Shown piece after piece: positions 46,331 through 54,861 of a DNA stretch of 64,000 nt (position 1 is the stretch's first letter; the number at the start of each line of letters is the position of its first letter). Made by a program: the position numbers and the translations under genes. The notes under the pieces were generated by a model. It did no database searches, was not told where the DNA came from, and saw only the letters and a program-made list of their open reading frames with translations. The DNA is from a virus, in the IMG/VR virus record IMGVR_UViG_3300042090_000199, positions 13,745-77,744 of that record, one strand, 5' to 3'.

Positions 46331-47071
46331 CTATCTGCGTACTACGCCCTGGCCTATGGGCTCAGCCCCCATGACCTGGTCTGCAAGAAGCTGGGCGAAG
46401 CCCTTTGGCTCCTGGCGATCCTGCTTGTCCTTCGTCCGCCCGTTACCGGCGCCGCCGTTCACGTTCGGTGCTCTAGTTCCGCTACCGTTCGCAGGCGCGA
46501 ACAGATTCGGGAATTCAGTCTTGAGCTCGTCGACCTGGTCGTCGAGACCGATAACCTCGCCCTCAGCGTCCAGGTCGATCTTGTCGAGATCCAACAGTCT
46601 TACGAGCCTAGGAGTATTCGTGCCCTGGACTCCGGCCGCTTCCAGCTTCGCAGCTACGAGAGCCTTTACTAGAGGCTCTCGAGTATTGGTTCTGCCTTCT
46701 TCGATACCCTGTTCCTTGGCGTCGAGTAGCGCACGCTCTTCTGCCGACGCGTGTTGGCGCTGAAGCGCCTTAAGATCGGCTGTAGCCTTGCGTGCATCCT
46801 GCCTAGCAGCCTGCAACGCCTTCCTCAGACCCGCTGTCGGATCGTCAGGGTCCTGCTTGGACTGACTCTGCTGCGTGCGGGGCTTAGGCTTCCTGCCCTG
46901 GCCCTGCTGAGTGTCGTCCTGGACATCGTCCTGCTGGTCCTGACTATCCGCGCTGTCGTCCGTAGCGTCGTCGGTTGCGTCGTCAGTAACATCGTCACCA
47001 GAAGTATCGTCGGTAACGTCGTCGTCTGTGACATCGTCGTTAACGTCGTCGTTCTGCGGCCTACCAGGCAT
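46331..47071 (-). CDS. Scaffolding protein
   Basis: Acidic low-complexity N-terminus, coiled coil, LK.EFP.LF. Confidence 0.8.
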   Translation of the reverse strand: MPGRPQNDDVNDDVTDDDVTDDTSGDDVTDDATDDATDDSADSQDQQDDVQDDTQQGQGRKPKPRTQQSQSKQDPDDPTAGLRKALQAARQDARKATADLKALQRQHASAEERALLDAKEQGIEEGRTNTREPLVKALVAAKLEAAGVQGTNTPRLVRLLDLDKIDLDAEGEVIGLDDQVDELKTEFPNLFAPANGSGTRAPNVNGGAGNGRTKDKQDRQEPKGFAQLLADQVMGAEPIGQGVVRR

Positions 47072-47092
47072 CTCGCCCTCCTATTGGAAGCA

Positions 47093-48619
47093 TCACACTT
47101 CCTCGCTAGTTCCCGGCTCACCGGTATCAGACTCCGTAGAGAAGCCCTGACCGGTATTAGCCGTCCTAAACTCGATCGTGACTCCCCACGTGTCGAGCTG
47201 CTCAGGTGTGTATCCCTGCTCCTCCAAGAGTTGCCGCGGAGGCACCCCGAGCTGTTCCTTTATTGCCTGTCCCTGCAAGGTATTCAGGTCGTTGACAGTA
47301 GCTGCCGGAACCCAGTGGATAGTTACATCCGCAGGAATCGCTTGGCCACGAATCTTCAACACGAACCTGAAAATGTCTCGCCAAGTCGCACCAAACGACA
47401 TCTGACGATTGCGCACCTTCTTCGCGAAAGGCGCTTCTAGTACCCTGAGGGACTCTCCCGACACATTTGACACGATTGGATCGAGGAAATGCATCGGAGT
47501 CTGTGAGATAACCGCCATCGCATGCACGTACTGCATGAACGGGTTAAGAAATGCCGTTGGGTCGCCTACAGGGAACTGTCCATAAGACGTGATGCCCTTC
47601 ATGAACCAGACCGAAGCAGGATCAGCCGTTAGTTGCGACTTCGGGTCCATGCCCTGATCAAGCGTAGCGCCTGAGTCGATCGAGAACGCGAACTCGCCCT
47701 CGTCTCCCATAGCCGCTTCGGACGTGTCGTACGCGGGGTCCATGATCGCGTATCGCTGCGGAAACGCATTGTAGTCGACCGAGGCCATGTGGCTGACGAC
47801 TAGCTTGTGGATCGCATCCTGCGGCCCATAAGCATTGACATGCTCTGGTACTCCGTAAGGGTACTCATTACGGAAGTGGAAAACAGGAACTTCGCCGAAT
47901 GGGTTGACAACAGGCCACTCACCGTTGTCGCTGCTGTCTAGACGCTTCTCCCACTTAGGCTTTTCACCTGACTGTGGCAGAGGCGCCAGCATGTACTTCT
48001 CAACGCGATCCGGGTAGTACAGGTTAGCAAACGTAAAACCACTGTTCGGGTCCTGCCACCGCTTGATCGCATAACGCTTACGGTTCTCGTTCTCGTCGTC
48101 GTAGAACACCCGCATGACACGAGGCGACTGATAAAAGATGTCTACCGATAGCTGGTTGCCTTCGGAATCCGTCTGACTATCAACATTCGGCCAGACGAAC
48201 ATATAAGCGTCACCGAGCTTGCAGGCCTTCTTCATCACGTCTGGTGCGTGGAGGTCTAGCTGGTTGTCCTTCCAAGCCTGCCGAATAATGCCAACAGCAG
48301 CTTCGTCATCGGAAAAGATCGATGCTACTTCGAGACGTTCAGCAACAGCATCTACAGGCAGCTTAGCGAAGTTGAAGTTGAACACAACACCGGTCGCACC
48401 CATCGCAATGCGCAGGCGTAGCGAGGCGAAGAACTCTGGCATAGACCCGTTGTAGTACTGGATAGCCTTCACGAAGTCTGGCTGGGCTTCGTCAAGACTC
48501 AAGATCCCGTTGCGTAGATCGGCACCCGGGTCATCGTAAGGCTCAGGAGCCGGACGAGGTATCGCCATGCCGAGGAACGTATTGCCTGGCATCATCTGAC
48601 CATGCATGATATCAGTCAT
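47093..48619 (-). CDS. Portal protein (SPP1 gp6-like)
   Basis: YY.G, NF....VD...RL, GDAY..VW, NPFG.VPV.HF, FPQRY, SGESLR, GY. Confidence 0.9.
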   Translation of the reverse strand: MTDIMHGQMMPGNTFLGMAIPRPAPEPYDDPGADLRNGILSLDEAQPDFVKAIQYYNGSMPEFFASLRLRIAMGATGVVFNFNFAKLPVDAVAERLEVASIFSDDEAAVGIIRQAWKDNQLDLHAPDVMKKACKLGDAYMFVWPNVDSQTDSEGNQLSVDIFYQSPRVMRVFYDDENENRKRYAIKRWQDPNSGFTFANLYYPDRVEKYMLAPLPQSGEKPKWEKRLDSSDNGEWPVVNPFGEVPVFHFRNEYPYGVPEHVNAYGPQDAIHKLVVSHMASVDYNAFPQRYAIMDPAYDTSEAAMGDEGEFAFSIDSGATLDQGMDPKSQLTADPASVWFMKGITSYGQFPVGDPTAFLNPFMQYVHAMAVISQTPMHFLDPIVSNVSGESLRVLEAPFAKKVRNRQMSFGATWRDIFRFVLKIRGQAIPADVTIHWVPAATVNDLNTLQGQAIKEQLGVPPRQLLEEQGYTPEQLDTWGVTIEFRTANTGQGFSTESDTGEPGTSEEV

Positions 48620-48638
48620 CGCTGTTCACCTCCGCACA

Positions 48639-49031
48639 TCAGTAAACCGCCGGCAATTGAAATAGTGCTACAACTAGTCCAGTATTCGAGCTAAAGTCAA
48701 TCTGGATCGTCTTCGTGCCCGACTGCTGTACAATTGAATGAAACGCAGCGATGACGCCAATTGCGCTCGTCGGCAGGACAATCGGATACGTTGTGGGGCT
48801 CAGGCCGGGCAAACCTTGCATACCAACCTGTACAGTCGCAGTACAAGCAGTTGCGCCAAGGCTAACTCCGAACTGGATCAGACCCGCAACGTTATTGAAC
48901 TGCACTCCGTTACCCGCGCCTGCGCTCGGCACTACCGCATTAGGGTTACCGCCGGTAGTCAGCAACGTAGTCAGGTTCGAGATCGCATTGTCTCCGGACA
49001 GGAGCGTCGGTGTCAGCGTCACCCTAGTCAT
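48639..49031 (-). CDS. Virion structural protein (paralog of 36574..36957)
   Basis: Shared motifs; located between terminase and portal. Confidence 0.55.
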   Translation of the reverse strand: MTRVTLTPTLLSGDNAISNLTTLLTTGGNPNAVVPSAGAGNGVQFNNVAGLIQFGVSLGATACTATVQVGMQGLPGLSPTTYPIVLPTSAIGVIAAFHSIVQQSGTKTIQIDFSSNTGLVVALFQLPAVY

Positions 49032-50739
49032 CGCTGCTCACCCCTACAGGTGTCCTACGGCCGTAGCTGTAAGTTCCGCCTTTAAGGATCTTAGGAACAG
49101 TTATGAAGTGCCTAACGCCTATCTCGACAGCGTCCAGGATGTCCTTGTCTTCGCTACCGTCATAAGAACACTGATTCTGTTCCAGCCTAGGCAGCCGCAT
49201 CGAGTGAGTTACTCGACCACGCTGATACAGATTCAGAAGTCGTACCTGACGGACAGACTTCTTGAGACCGCTCCAGGAAAGCTTCATCCTGACAGGCATG
49301 TGGTGAAACACCATAGTCCAGGTGTCACCACCCTGGTTCGACTCTACGACAACTTCGCCGATTTCAGGCCACTGCTCGAGATACCACATGACAGTGTCAC
49401 GCAGCTGCTTCGGAGGTAGCTTCACGATAGTTGCGAACTTGACTACAACCTTTGGCTGCAGCATGTTGCCTTGAAGGCTGGGCGGGAGAGGAAAGTCATC
49501 AAGAGACAATCCAGCTCTAGGGTGCCAGAGGCCTATAATCGCGATACCAGTATCGTGAGAGTTCTCGTGCGACGTAACCGCAGGGTCAATCGCCAGCGCT
49601 GTTCGAACACAAGGCAAGTCGGCGTAAACGTAGTCGTCTTCAGACCAGTATGTACCGTTCGCCGAGACAGGCTGGTTCTTGAACTCCTTCTTGTACTCAC
49701 GCGTGTGCTCATGCTTCTTGAGGTACTCCAACGACCACTTGCCGGGCCAACAAGAGCGCTCAGTACCGTCGTCGTTCAGGAGAATAGGTTCGTAGTAATG
49801 AACCTGAATGTTCTGATCATCGATCCAGGGATCTTCGACCGTTTCAGGGTGCAGCTCCGATTCAACCATCTGGTGCATGATCGATCCAGGAGCTGTTACA
49901 GTCCCGACGATAATGACGCGTGCGAATTCGTTCAGGTGAAAAACAGTCTCAAGCATCCACCTAAGGCGCTGACGCATTAGCGTCGGGCTGTACTTTTCCT
50001 CACCAGGTTCGATGTCATCGAGCACGATCAGGTCAGGGCGCTGCTTACCAACCTTCAGACCTCGTGCAGCCGTGCCAGATCCCTTAGCCATCATGACGAA
50101 GCCGTTACGCTGCTCGATCATGTCAACTCGGCTCGCGACTAGCTTCTTACCGACTGGCCCACCCTGACGACGCACCTTAGGTTCACACAGGTCTGGGAAG
50201 TCCTGAATAAGAAGGTCGTTCATGTCGAACTCGCCACGAATCGTAGCAAGGTGGTTCTTAGCCTGATCAGCTGAGTCAGAGAACGCAACAATGAACTTAA
50301 CATGACCGTGCGCAGCGGCCCACATGGGCAGAATCTGAAACAGCCAGGTACTCTTACCGACACCGCGAGGAGCTACATACGCATCTCGATGCTCTCGAGG
50401 CACACGCGACTTCTCTAGCCAGGACTTAGCGTGCTCCAGCAGATCAAGATGAAATTCGGCAAAGGAAAGCTTGTCAGACGTCTCGATCGAGTACAAATGA
50501 TGAGACAAGTACGTTAGGGCAAACAACAGCGGGTCGTTCTTGGACAGCTGAGCACGCGCATGACAGTCATTGCCTGAAAGAACTTCTCTGTTCAGGGTCC
50601 GAAGATAGTCCTGAAACCACTGCGGACCCTGAGGACGATCTATCAGCTTGAGCAGGAAGTCTGGATACCAAAGATCCACCGGTTCGCCGTCTGAGGCAAA
50701 TCCCGGATCGTTATCGAAGAAGTATCCAGAACGTTCCAT
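49024..50739 (-). CDS. Terminase large subunit
   Basis: APRGVGKST, RG...RPDLIVLDD, GT, AIDPA, ESNQGG, D..DA. Confidence 0.93.
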   Translation of the reverse strand: MERSGYFFDNDPGFASDGEPVDLWYPDFLLKLIDRPQGPQWFQDYLRTLNREVLSGNDCHARAQLSKNDPLLFALTYLSHHLYSIETSDKLSFAEFHLDLLEHAKSWLEKSRVPREHRDAYVAPRGVGKSTWLFQILPMWAAAHGHVKFIVAFSDSADQAKNHLATIRGEFDMNDLLIQDFPDLCEPKVRRQGGPVGKKLVASRVDMIEQRNGFVMMAKGSGTAARGLKVGKQRPDLIVLDDIEPGEEKYSPTLMRQRLRWMLETVFHLNEFARVIIVGTVTAPGSIMHQMVESELHPETVEDPWIDDQNIQVHYYEPILLNDDGTERSCWPGKWSLEYLKKHEHTREYKKEFKNQPVSANGTYWSEDDYVYADLPCVRTALAIDPAVTSHENSHDTGIAIIGLWHPRAGLSLDDFPLPPSLQGNMLQPKVVVKFATIVKLPPKQLRDTVMWYLEQWPEIGEVVVESNQGGDTWTMVFHHMPVRMKLSWSGLKKSVRQVRLLNLYQRGRVTHSMRLPRLEQNQCSYDGSEDKDILDAVEIGVRHFITVPKILKGGTYSYGRRTPVGVSSDD

Positions 50740-50745
50740 CTACTC

Positions 50746-50940
50746 CTACTTGTGCCAGCTAGTAGCCTGCGCCACACGCTGGCCATCAGGGCTGGTCTGT
50801 GTCACGTGGAGAGTCTCATTCGCACCGTTGTCCGAATGTCCACCGATCTGGAACGTTCCATCTGGGATATGCATCAGCATCCCGAGGTCATCGACGGTTA
50901 GCTTGCCGTCCGCCTTGGTCACCTTGAATGAGAACGACAT
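50746..50940 (-). CDS. Hypothetical protein
   Basis: ORF in the late operon. Confidence 0.55.
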   Translation of the reverse strand: MSFSFKVTKADGKLTVDDLGMLMHIPDGTFQIGGHSDNGANETLHVTQTSPDGQRVAQATSWHK

Positions 50941-50943
50941 GAC

Positions 50944-51219
50944 TCACGCTCCGTACGCGCTCGTGTGGTACACAACGTTCACGGGTGCGGTAACCGTGAT
51001 CCCGTAGATAGTTCCGCCAGGGATGTTGAACTCCGGCTCGTTGAGGATCACAGGCTCTGTCATCGATGCTGGTAGCTGCACTACGTAGGACCCGACAGTC
51101 ACGCCAGGGCCGCCGATCTCGACGGTCGTAGCACCTAGGTTCTGCAGCGTCACGGTCGCGCTGTTTGGGCAGATAGCAGTAGCTGTGAGTCCGACACTTT
51201 GAGTCCCGTCGTTGGCCAT
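50944..51219 (-). CDS. Small beta-rich virion protein (paralog of 51948..52454)
   Basis: SV...AT.IC....V.LQNLGA..V..GGP.V..G...IYG.T shared. Confidence 0.65.
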   Translation of the reverse strand: MANDGTQSVGLTATAICPNSATVTLQNLGATTVEIGGPGVTVGSYVVQLPASMTEPVILNEPEFNIPGGTIYGITVTAPVNVVYHTSAYGA

Positions 51220-51221
51220 GA

Positions 51222-51491
51222 CTAGCTCCAGCCTCCGCCAGAGACATAGCCACGCTGCCCTGGAGTCAGATAGCCGTTGCCCTGCCCGAACGTCTGGTTC
51301 TCGACAGGCCGCGGAATCGGACTGTACGTACCGATGTCGTCAGTGTCATCGTCGCCGTCGTTGGTCGACTCTACTGTGACGGGCGCACCGCCGTAGCCGC
51401 CGTAGTCGTCCGTCATCATCCAGTTCAGGTCACCGCTCTGGGCGTTGACCTCTGGCGAGTGGTTGTATGCTGCGCCATGCGCGTCGGACAT
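51222..51491 (-). CDS. Small acidic protein, MSxxH motif 3
   Basis: MSDAHGAAYN; RBS AGGAG. Confidence 0.65.
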   Translation of the reverse strand: MSDAHGAAYNHSPEVNAQSGDLNWMMTDDYGGYGGAPVTVESTNDGDDDTDDIGTYSPIPRPVENQTFGQGNGYLTPGQRGYVSGGGWS

Positions 51492-51500
51492 TGCCGTCTC

Positions 51501-51755
51501 CTAGATAGTCGGGATCACGCCGTAGCCTGGTGGAATCGGACCTGCACCCGAGTTCACCAGCGAGTTGGGGTCTGCCTGGCTAAGGCCTACCATGTTGACT
51601 GCGTTGGTGCCGACGCCGGAGCTTGGACCGTCAAAGATCCCGCTAGTCGGACCGACCATCTGAGAGTCAAGCGACCAGCTTTCAACTGGATGAGTCTGAT
51701 AGTTCGTCTCTCGTCCAGGAGCCGCGTAGTACCCTTGTGCGTGCTGGTCGCTCAC
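51501..51755 (-). CDS. Small acidic protein, MSxxH motif 2
   Basis: MSDQHAQGYY...ETN. Confidence 0.65.
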   Translation of the reverse strand: MSDQHAQGYYAAPGRETNYQTHPVESWSLDSQMVGPTSGIFDGPSSGVGTNAVNMVGLSQADPNSLVNSGAGPIPPGYGVIPTI

Positions 51756-51946
51756 GAGGACCCCCTCTGCTTGTCCTGAGCAATCGGAGCGTTCAGGCCA
51801 GGCTGAGGCGCCTGCGTCTCGACAACAGGGTCCGACAGCGCGTCAGGCTCCTGCATGATCATGTCGTACGAGTCGATCGTGCCCGAACCCTGATTCGTCT
51901 CAGTTCCTGACCCGAAGTAGTACTGTTGCGCGTGCGCATTAGACAT
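51752..51946 (-). CDS. Small acidic protein, MSxxH motif 1
   Basis: MSNAHAQQYY...ETN. Confidence 0.65.
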   Translation of the reverse strand: MSNAHAQQYYFGSGTETNQGSGTIDSYDMIMQEPDALSDPVVETQAPQPGLNAPIAQDKQRGSS

Positions 51947-51947
51947 A

Positions 51948-52454
51948 TTAACCGTCCCAAGTAGCAGTCATGTACGCGACGTTCGAAGTGCTCGTCGAGG
52001 TGACCCCGTATATTGGGTCACCTAGAGGAGTCCCCGAACCTCCAACACAAGGAACCTGCATCGCCGGAAAGGCAGACGACACACTCCAGACCCAAGTAGG
52101 AGGCCCTCCCGTGTAAGCAATGCTGATAGTTCCGTACGCAGGAACGTAGTATGTGCCCGCAGCCGTACCAACAGTGACACCATTAACAACAACAGCAGTG
52201 ATAGTCGCGCCGTTAGCTGAAACCACTGCCTGCATAACGCTGGCACTTGCGTTCTGGGCTGCTACACCTGTCGCAGGAACAGATGGAGTAGCAGGAGTTC
52301 CTGGAGGAAGCAAAAATCCGTGTCCAAACGATACCGACGGACCACCAACAGTAACAGGCAAGGCTCCGAGGTTCTGCAAGACTACCGGACCGTTAGACGA
52401 ACAAATCAATGTGGCACTATTGGTAACGCTGACGAGGCCACTTCCGATCGCCAT
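51948..52454 (-). CDS. First late-operon gene, virion beta-rich protein
   Basis: RBS GGAGG; paralog of 50944..51219 with an internal insertion. Confidence 0.65.
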   Translation of the reverse strand: MAIGSGLVSVTNSATLICSSNGPVVLQNLGALPVTVGGPSVSFGHGFLLPPGTPATPSVPATGVAAQNASASVMQAVVSANGATITAVVVNGVTVGTAAGTYYVPAYGTISIAYTGGPPTWVWSVSSAFPAMQVPCVGGSGTPLGDPIYGVTSTSTSNVAYMTATWDG

Positions 52455-52486
52455 CTTGCCTCCAGCTCAAGCTGCTCTCTACTTCA

Positions 52487-52515
52487 ATTATAGCATAGTA
52501 ACGAGTAGACCACAA
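52487..52515 (-). promoter_or_regulatory. Promoter of the morphogenesis operon
   Basis: Minus strand CTC-TTGTGG-N17-TATAAT with TG extension. Confidence 0.7.
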
Positions 52516-52558
52516 GAGTAACTAACCATAAAGTTTCTGTAAATTTTATAGGAGCCTA

Positions 52559-52587
52559 TTGCTTATCCCTAAAATCTGTGATATAAT
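52559..52587 (+). promoter_or_regulatory. Divergent rightward promoter
   Basis: AGCCTA-TTGCTT-N17-TATAAT with TG extension. Confidence 0.7.
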
Positions 52588-52628
52588 TTTAGATATAGAA
52601 ACAAAATCTCCTGAAAGGACTAGTCGGA

Positions 52629-52937
52629 ATGGCTGAGCGTGTCAATGACGTTTCTGCACCAAGGAGGCGTCGTTACTACCCTTGGGACAAGTGGACGGAC
52701 GGTGCAGTCTGGAGAGCTAAGCAGGATGAAGACTTCACCTGCAATCCTGCAAGCTTCCAGACAGCACTACACCTTCGAGCACGACAAGAAGGACTGAATG
52801 TAACTACAGGCAGCCCTGAAGAAGGAATTATCGAGTTCCAGTTTTCGCCAAAGAATCCTAACGATCGGGACGACCGAGCAGGTCATCAGCCAGTCACAGG
52901 GTCTAGCAATAACGGCTCGGAGATTTCCAATGCCTGA
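52629..52937 (+). CDS. YPWxxWTDG family paralog 2
   Basis: YPWDKWTDG.VW....EDF.C....F...L...AR; FQF. Confidence 0.65.
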   Translation: MAERVNDVSAPRRRRYYPWDKWTDGAVWRAKQDEDFTCNPASFQTALHLRARQEGLNVTTGSPEEGIIEFQFSPKNPNDRDDRAGHQPVTGSSNNGSEISNA

Positions 52938-53089
52938 TCCTAAGGACCCAATGACTCCTCTAATGGAAGGTACTACAGCACAGCACGAACTATTCATGGC
53001 ATATATAGCAGCAGGATTCACGCGCAAGGAAGCTCTATACCTAATAGGTCAAATCGTAGCAGCTGTAGTAAGAAATCAAGCGAGCGAGA

Positions 53090-54025
53090 ATGACTGAGGC
53101 AATAGACCTCGATGACCTTCCTGTACCGTCACCTAGTGCTAAGGCTATATCGCAGCGAGCCAAATTGTATCTAGAGCAGCAACTCGGCGATCAACAAGGC
53201 AGACATAAGCTCCTAGAGATGCTCGCTGCAGCTGAATTCTCTCTTCCTGAGCCACAAGTGTACCCTGACTTCATAGCAATCAACTTCGGAACGCCTCGCT
53301 ACCGTATTAACAAGCTTTGGCCTTACGGTGGTACTGTTCTGCTAGCGGCACGCTATAAGTCAGGTAAGAGCACGCTAAAACTGAACCTCGTACGTAGCCT
53401 TAGTCGAGGCGAAGACTTCCTAGGTCAACCAGTTGTCTCGCTAGCTCCAGACGAACGCATACTAGACGTAAACCTTGAAGTTGACGAACGGACGCAGCAG
53501 CACTATGCACGCCCGTTTGACCTTCCAAGCAACGCACTAGTCCTGAACCTGCGCGGACAGGCTAAGAAGTTCAACATCATTAACGACGGTACTAGAGCTC
53601 TTATAGCAGAAATGCTAAGAAACCGAAACGTCAAGATCCTGGTAGTAGACCCTCTAGGCCCGCTACTTCGCGTCTTCAATCTGGTGGAGAATGCTAATGA
53701 CTCATCAGGCGGAGGAGCCCTCGTCGAAGCCTTCAACCAGCTATCTTACGAAGCCGGAGACATCGACGTCCTTCTCATTCACCACACAGGGCATAACGCT
53801 CAACGTCGCGCACGCGGTGGGTCCGTATTTGGCGACGCTGCCGATGCCCTCTGGTCTTACCGAATCGGAGGCCAACGCTTGGAAGAAGACGATGGATCTC
53901 CTAACGAGAAAGGAATTCGATACTTCAGCGCCACCGGAAGGCTAGAAGCTGACATGGACGAATTCCCTGTCTACTTCGACACGCGTACTCACAAGCTCTC
54001 CCTAGCTCCAGTGATCCCTGTATGA
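53090..54025 (+). CDS. RepA/AAA_25-like helicase-ATPase
   Basis: AARYKSGKST, LE, LVVDPL, HHTG, RGGS. Confidence 0.8.
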   Translation: MTEAIDLDDLPVPSPSAKAISQRAKLYLEQQLGDQQGRHKLLEMLAAAEFSLPEPQVYPDFIAINFGTPRYRINKLWPYGGTVLLAARYKSGKSTLKLNLVRSLSRGEDFLGQPVVSLAPDERILDVNLEVDERTQQHYARPFDLPSNALVLNLRGQAKKFNIINDGTRALIAEMLRNRNVKILVVDPLGPLLRVFNLVENANDSSGGGALVEAFNQLSYEAGDIDVLLIHHTGHNAQRRARGGSVFGDAADALWSYRIGGQRLEEDDGSPNEKGIRYFSATGRLEADMDEFPVYFDTRTHKLSLAPVIPV

Positions 54026-54214
54026 AGACACCTGTTTACATCAGACATATCGTCGGAAGATGTCTGATCTGCGGATCACCGTTTCTCGAGGCTGGTTGGA
54101 CAGACGATCCTCGGGGCTGGACGCACTCTCTACCTATACTTCACCCTAATATGGGAGTATTCCCAAACGCTACAATGTACAGTAGCTACTGTACAATGAA
54201 TCTATCACGATGAC

Positions 54215-54424
54215 ATGCCTCCGAGAATCGGACGACCTCCTAAGTACAACTGGAACGAACTAACTGACGGCACTATCTGGAAAGCTACCCGTGGTAAAGA
54301 CTTCTACACAACGCCTAAGAACTTTCGAACACTACTACGATACCACGCGCGAATACGAAATCAGCCAGTAAGAGTACACATCAGGGGTAATGTCGTCTGG
54401 TTCCAGTTCTCCAAGGTGGAGTAG
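54215..54424 (+). CDS. YPWxxWTDG family paralog 3
   Basis: GRPPKYNWNELTDG.IW...RGKDF; WFQF. Confidence 0.65.
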   Translation: MPPRIGRPPKYNWNELTDGTIWKATRGKDFYTTPKNFRTLLRYHARIRNQPVRVHIRGNVVWFQFSKVE

Positions 54425-54861
54425 TGAGTTGGTTGCCTGTTAGTGATCAGGACTGGGAAATACTCAAGGACAAGTTCAGGGGTCTCCGAGGAGGCCGCGT
54501 AAATGAACGTGGCAGAGTTATACACCGGTCAGAAGAAGAAATGCGTCGGTACTTCAACCTAGGTCTACCGAGTAGTCCTCTAGGTGAAGCCGAAAAGATT
54601 CGATTCCGGACTATCGTCCGCGAAAGAGTTCGCGAAGTAGACGGCGACGTCATGTTCAACGACCCGTACTTCGAGCTCGAATGGATGCGACTCACAAGGG
54701 AAGATCCAAGCCTACTAGACGACCCAGACCAGAACCGAGAAATTCTATGGAACGCGTTCTACGAACGTTTTTCTAACCAGCGACAAAGGTGGAGAAACCT
54801 ATGGTTCCAGAAAATCGGTAGAACAATGTCCCAATCAGAAGTTGATTACGGCGACACGTAA
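54424..54861 (+). CDS. Hypothetical protein
   Basis: Coupled on both sides (TAGTG, TAATG). Confidence 0.6.
   Translation: MSWLPVSDQDWEILKDKFRGLRGGRVNERGRVIHRSEEEMRRYFNLGLPSSPLGEAEKIRFRTIVRERVREVDGDVMFNDPYFELEWMRLTREDPSLLDDPDQNREILWNAFYERFSNQRQRWRNLWFQKIGRTMSQSEVDYGDT

Noticed and set aside
46915-47055. Tandem DNA repeat
   Set aside because: Explained by the DDVTDD low-complexity N-terminus of the scaffold protein.
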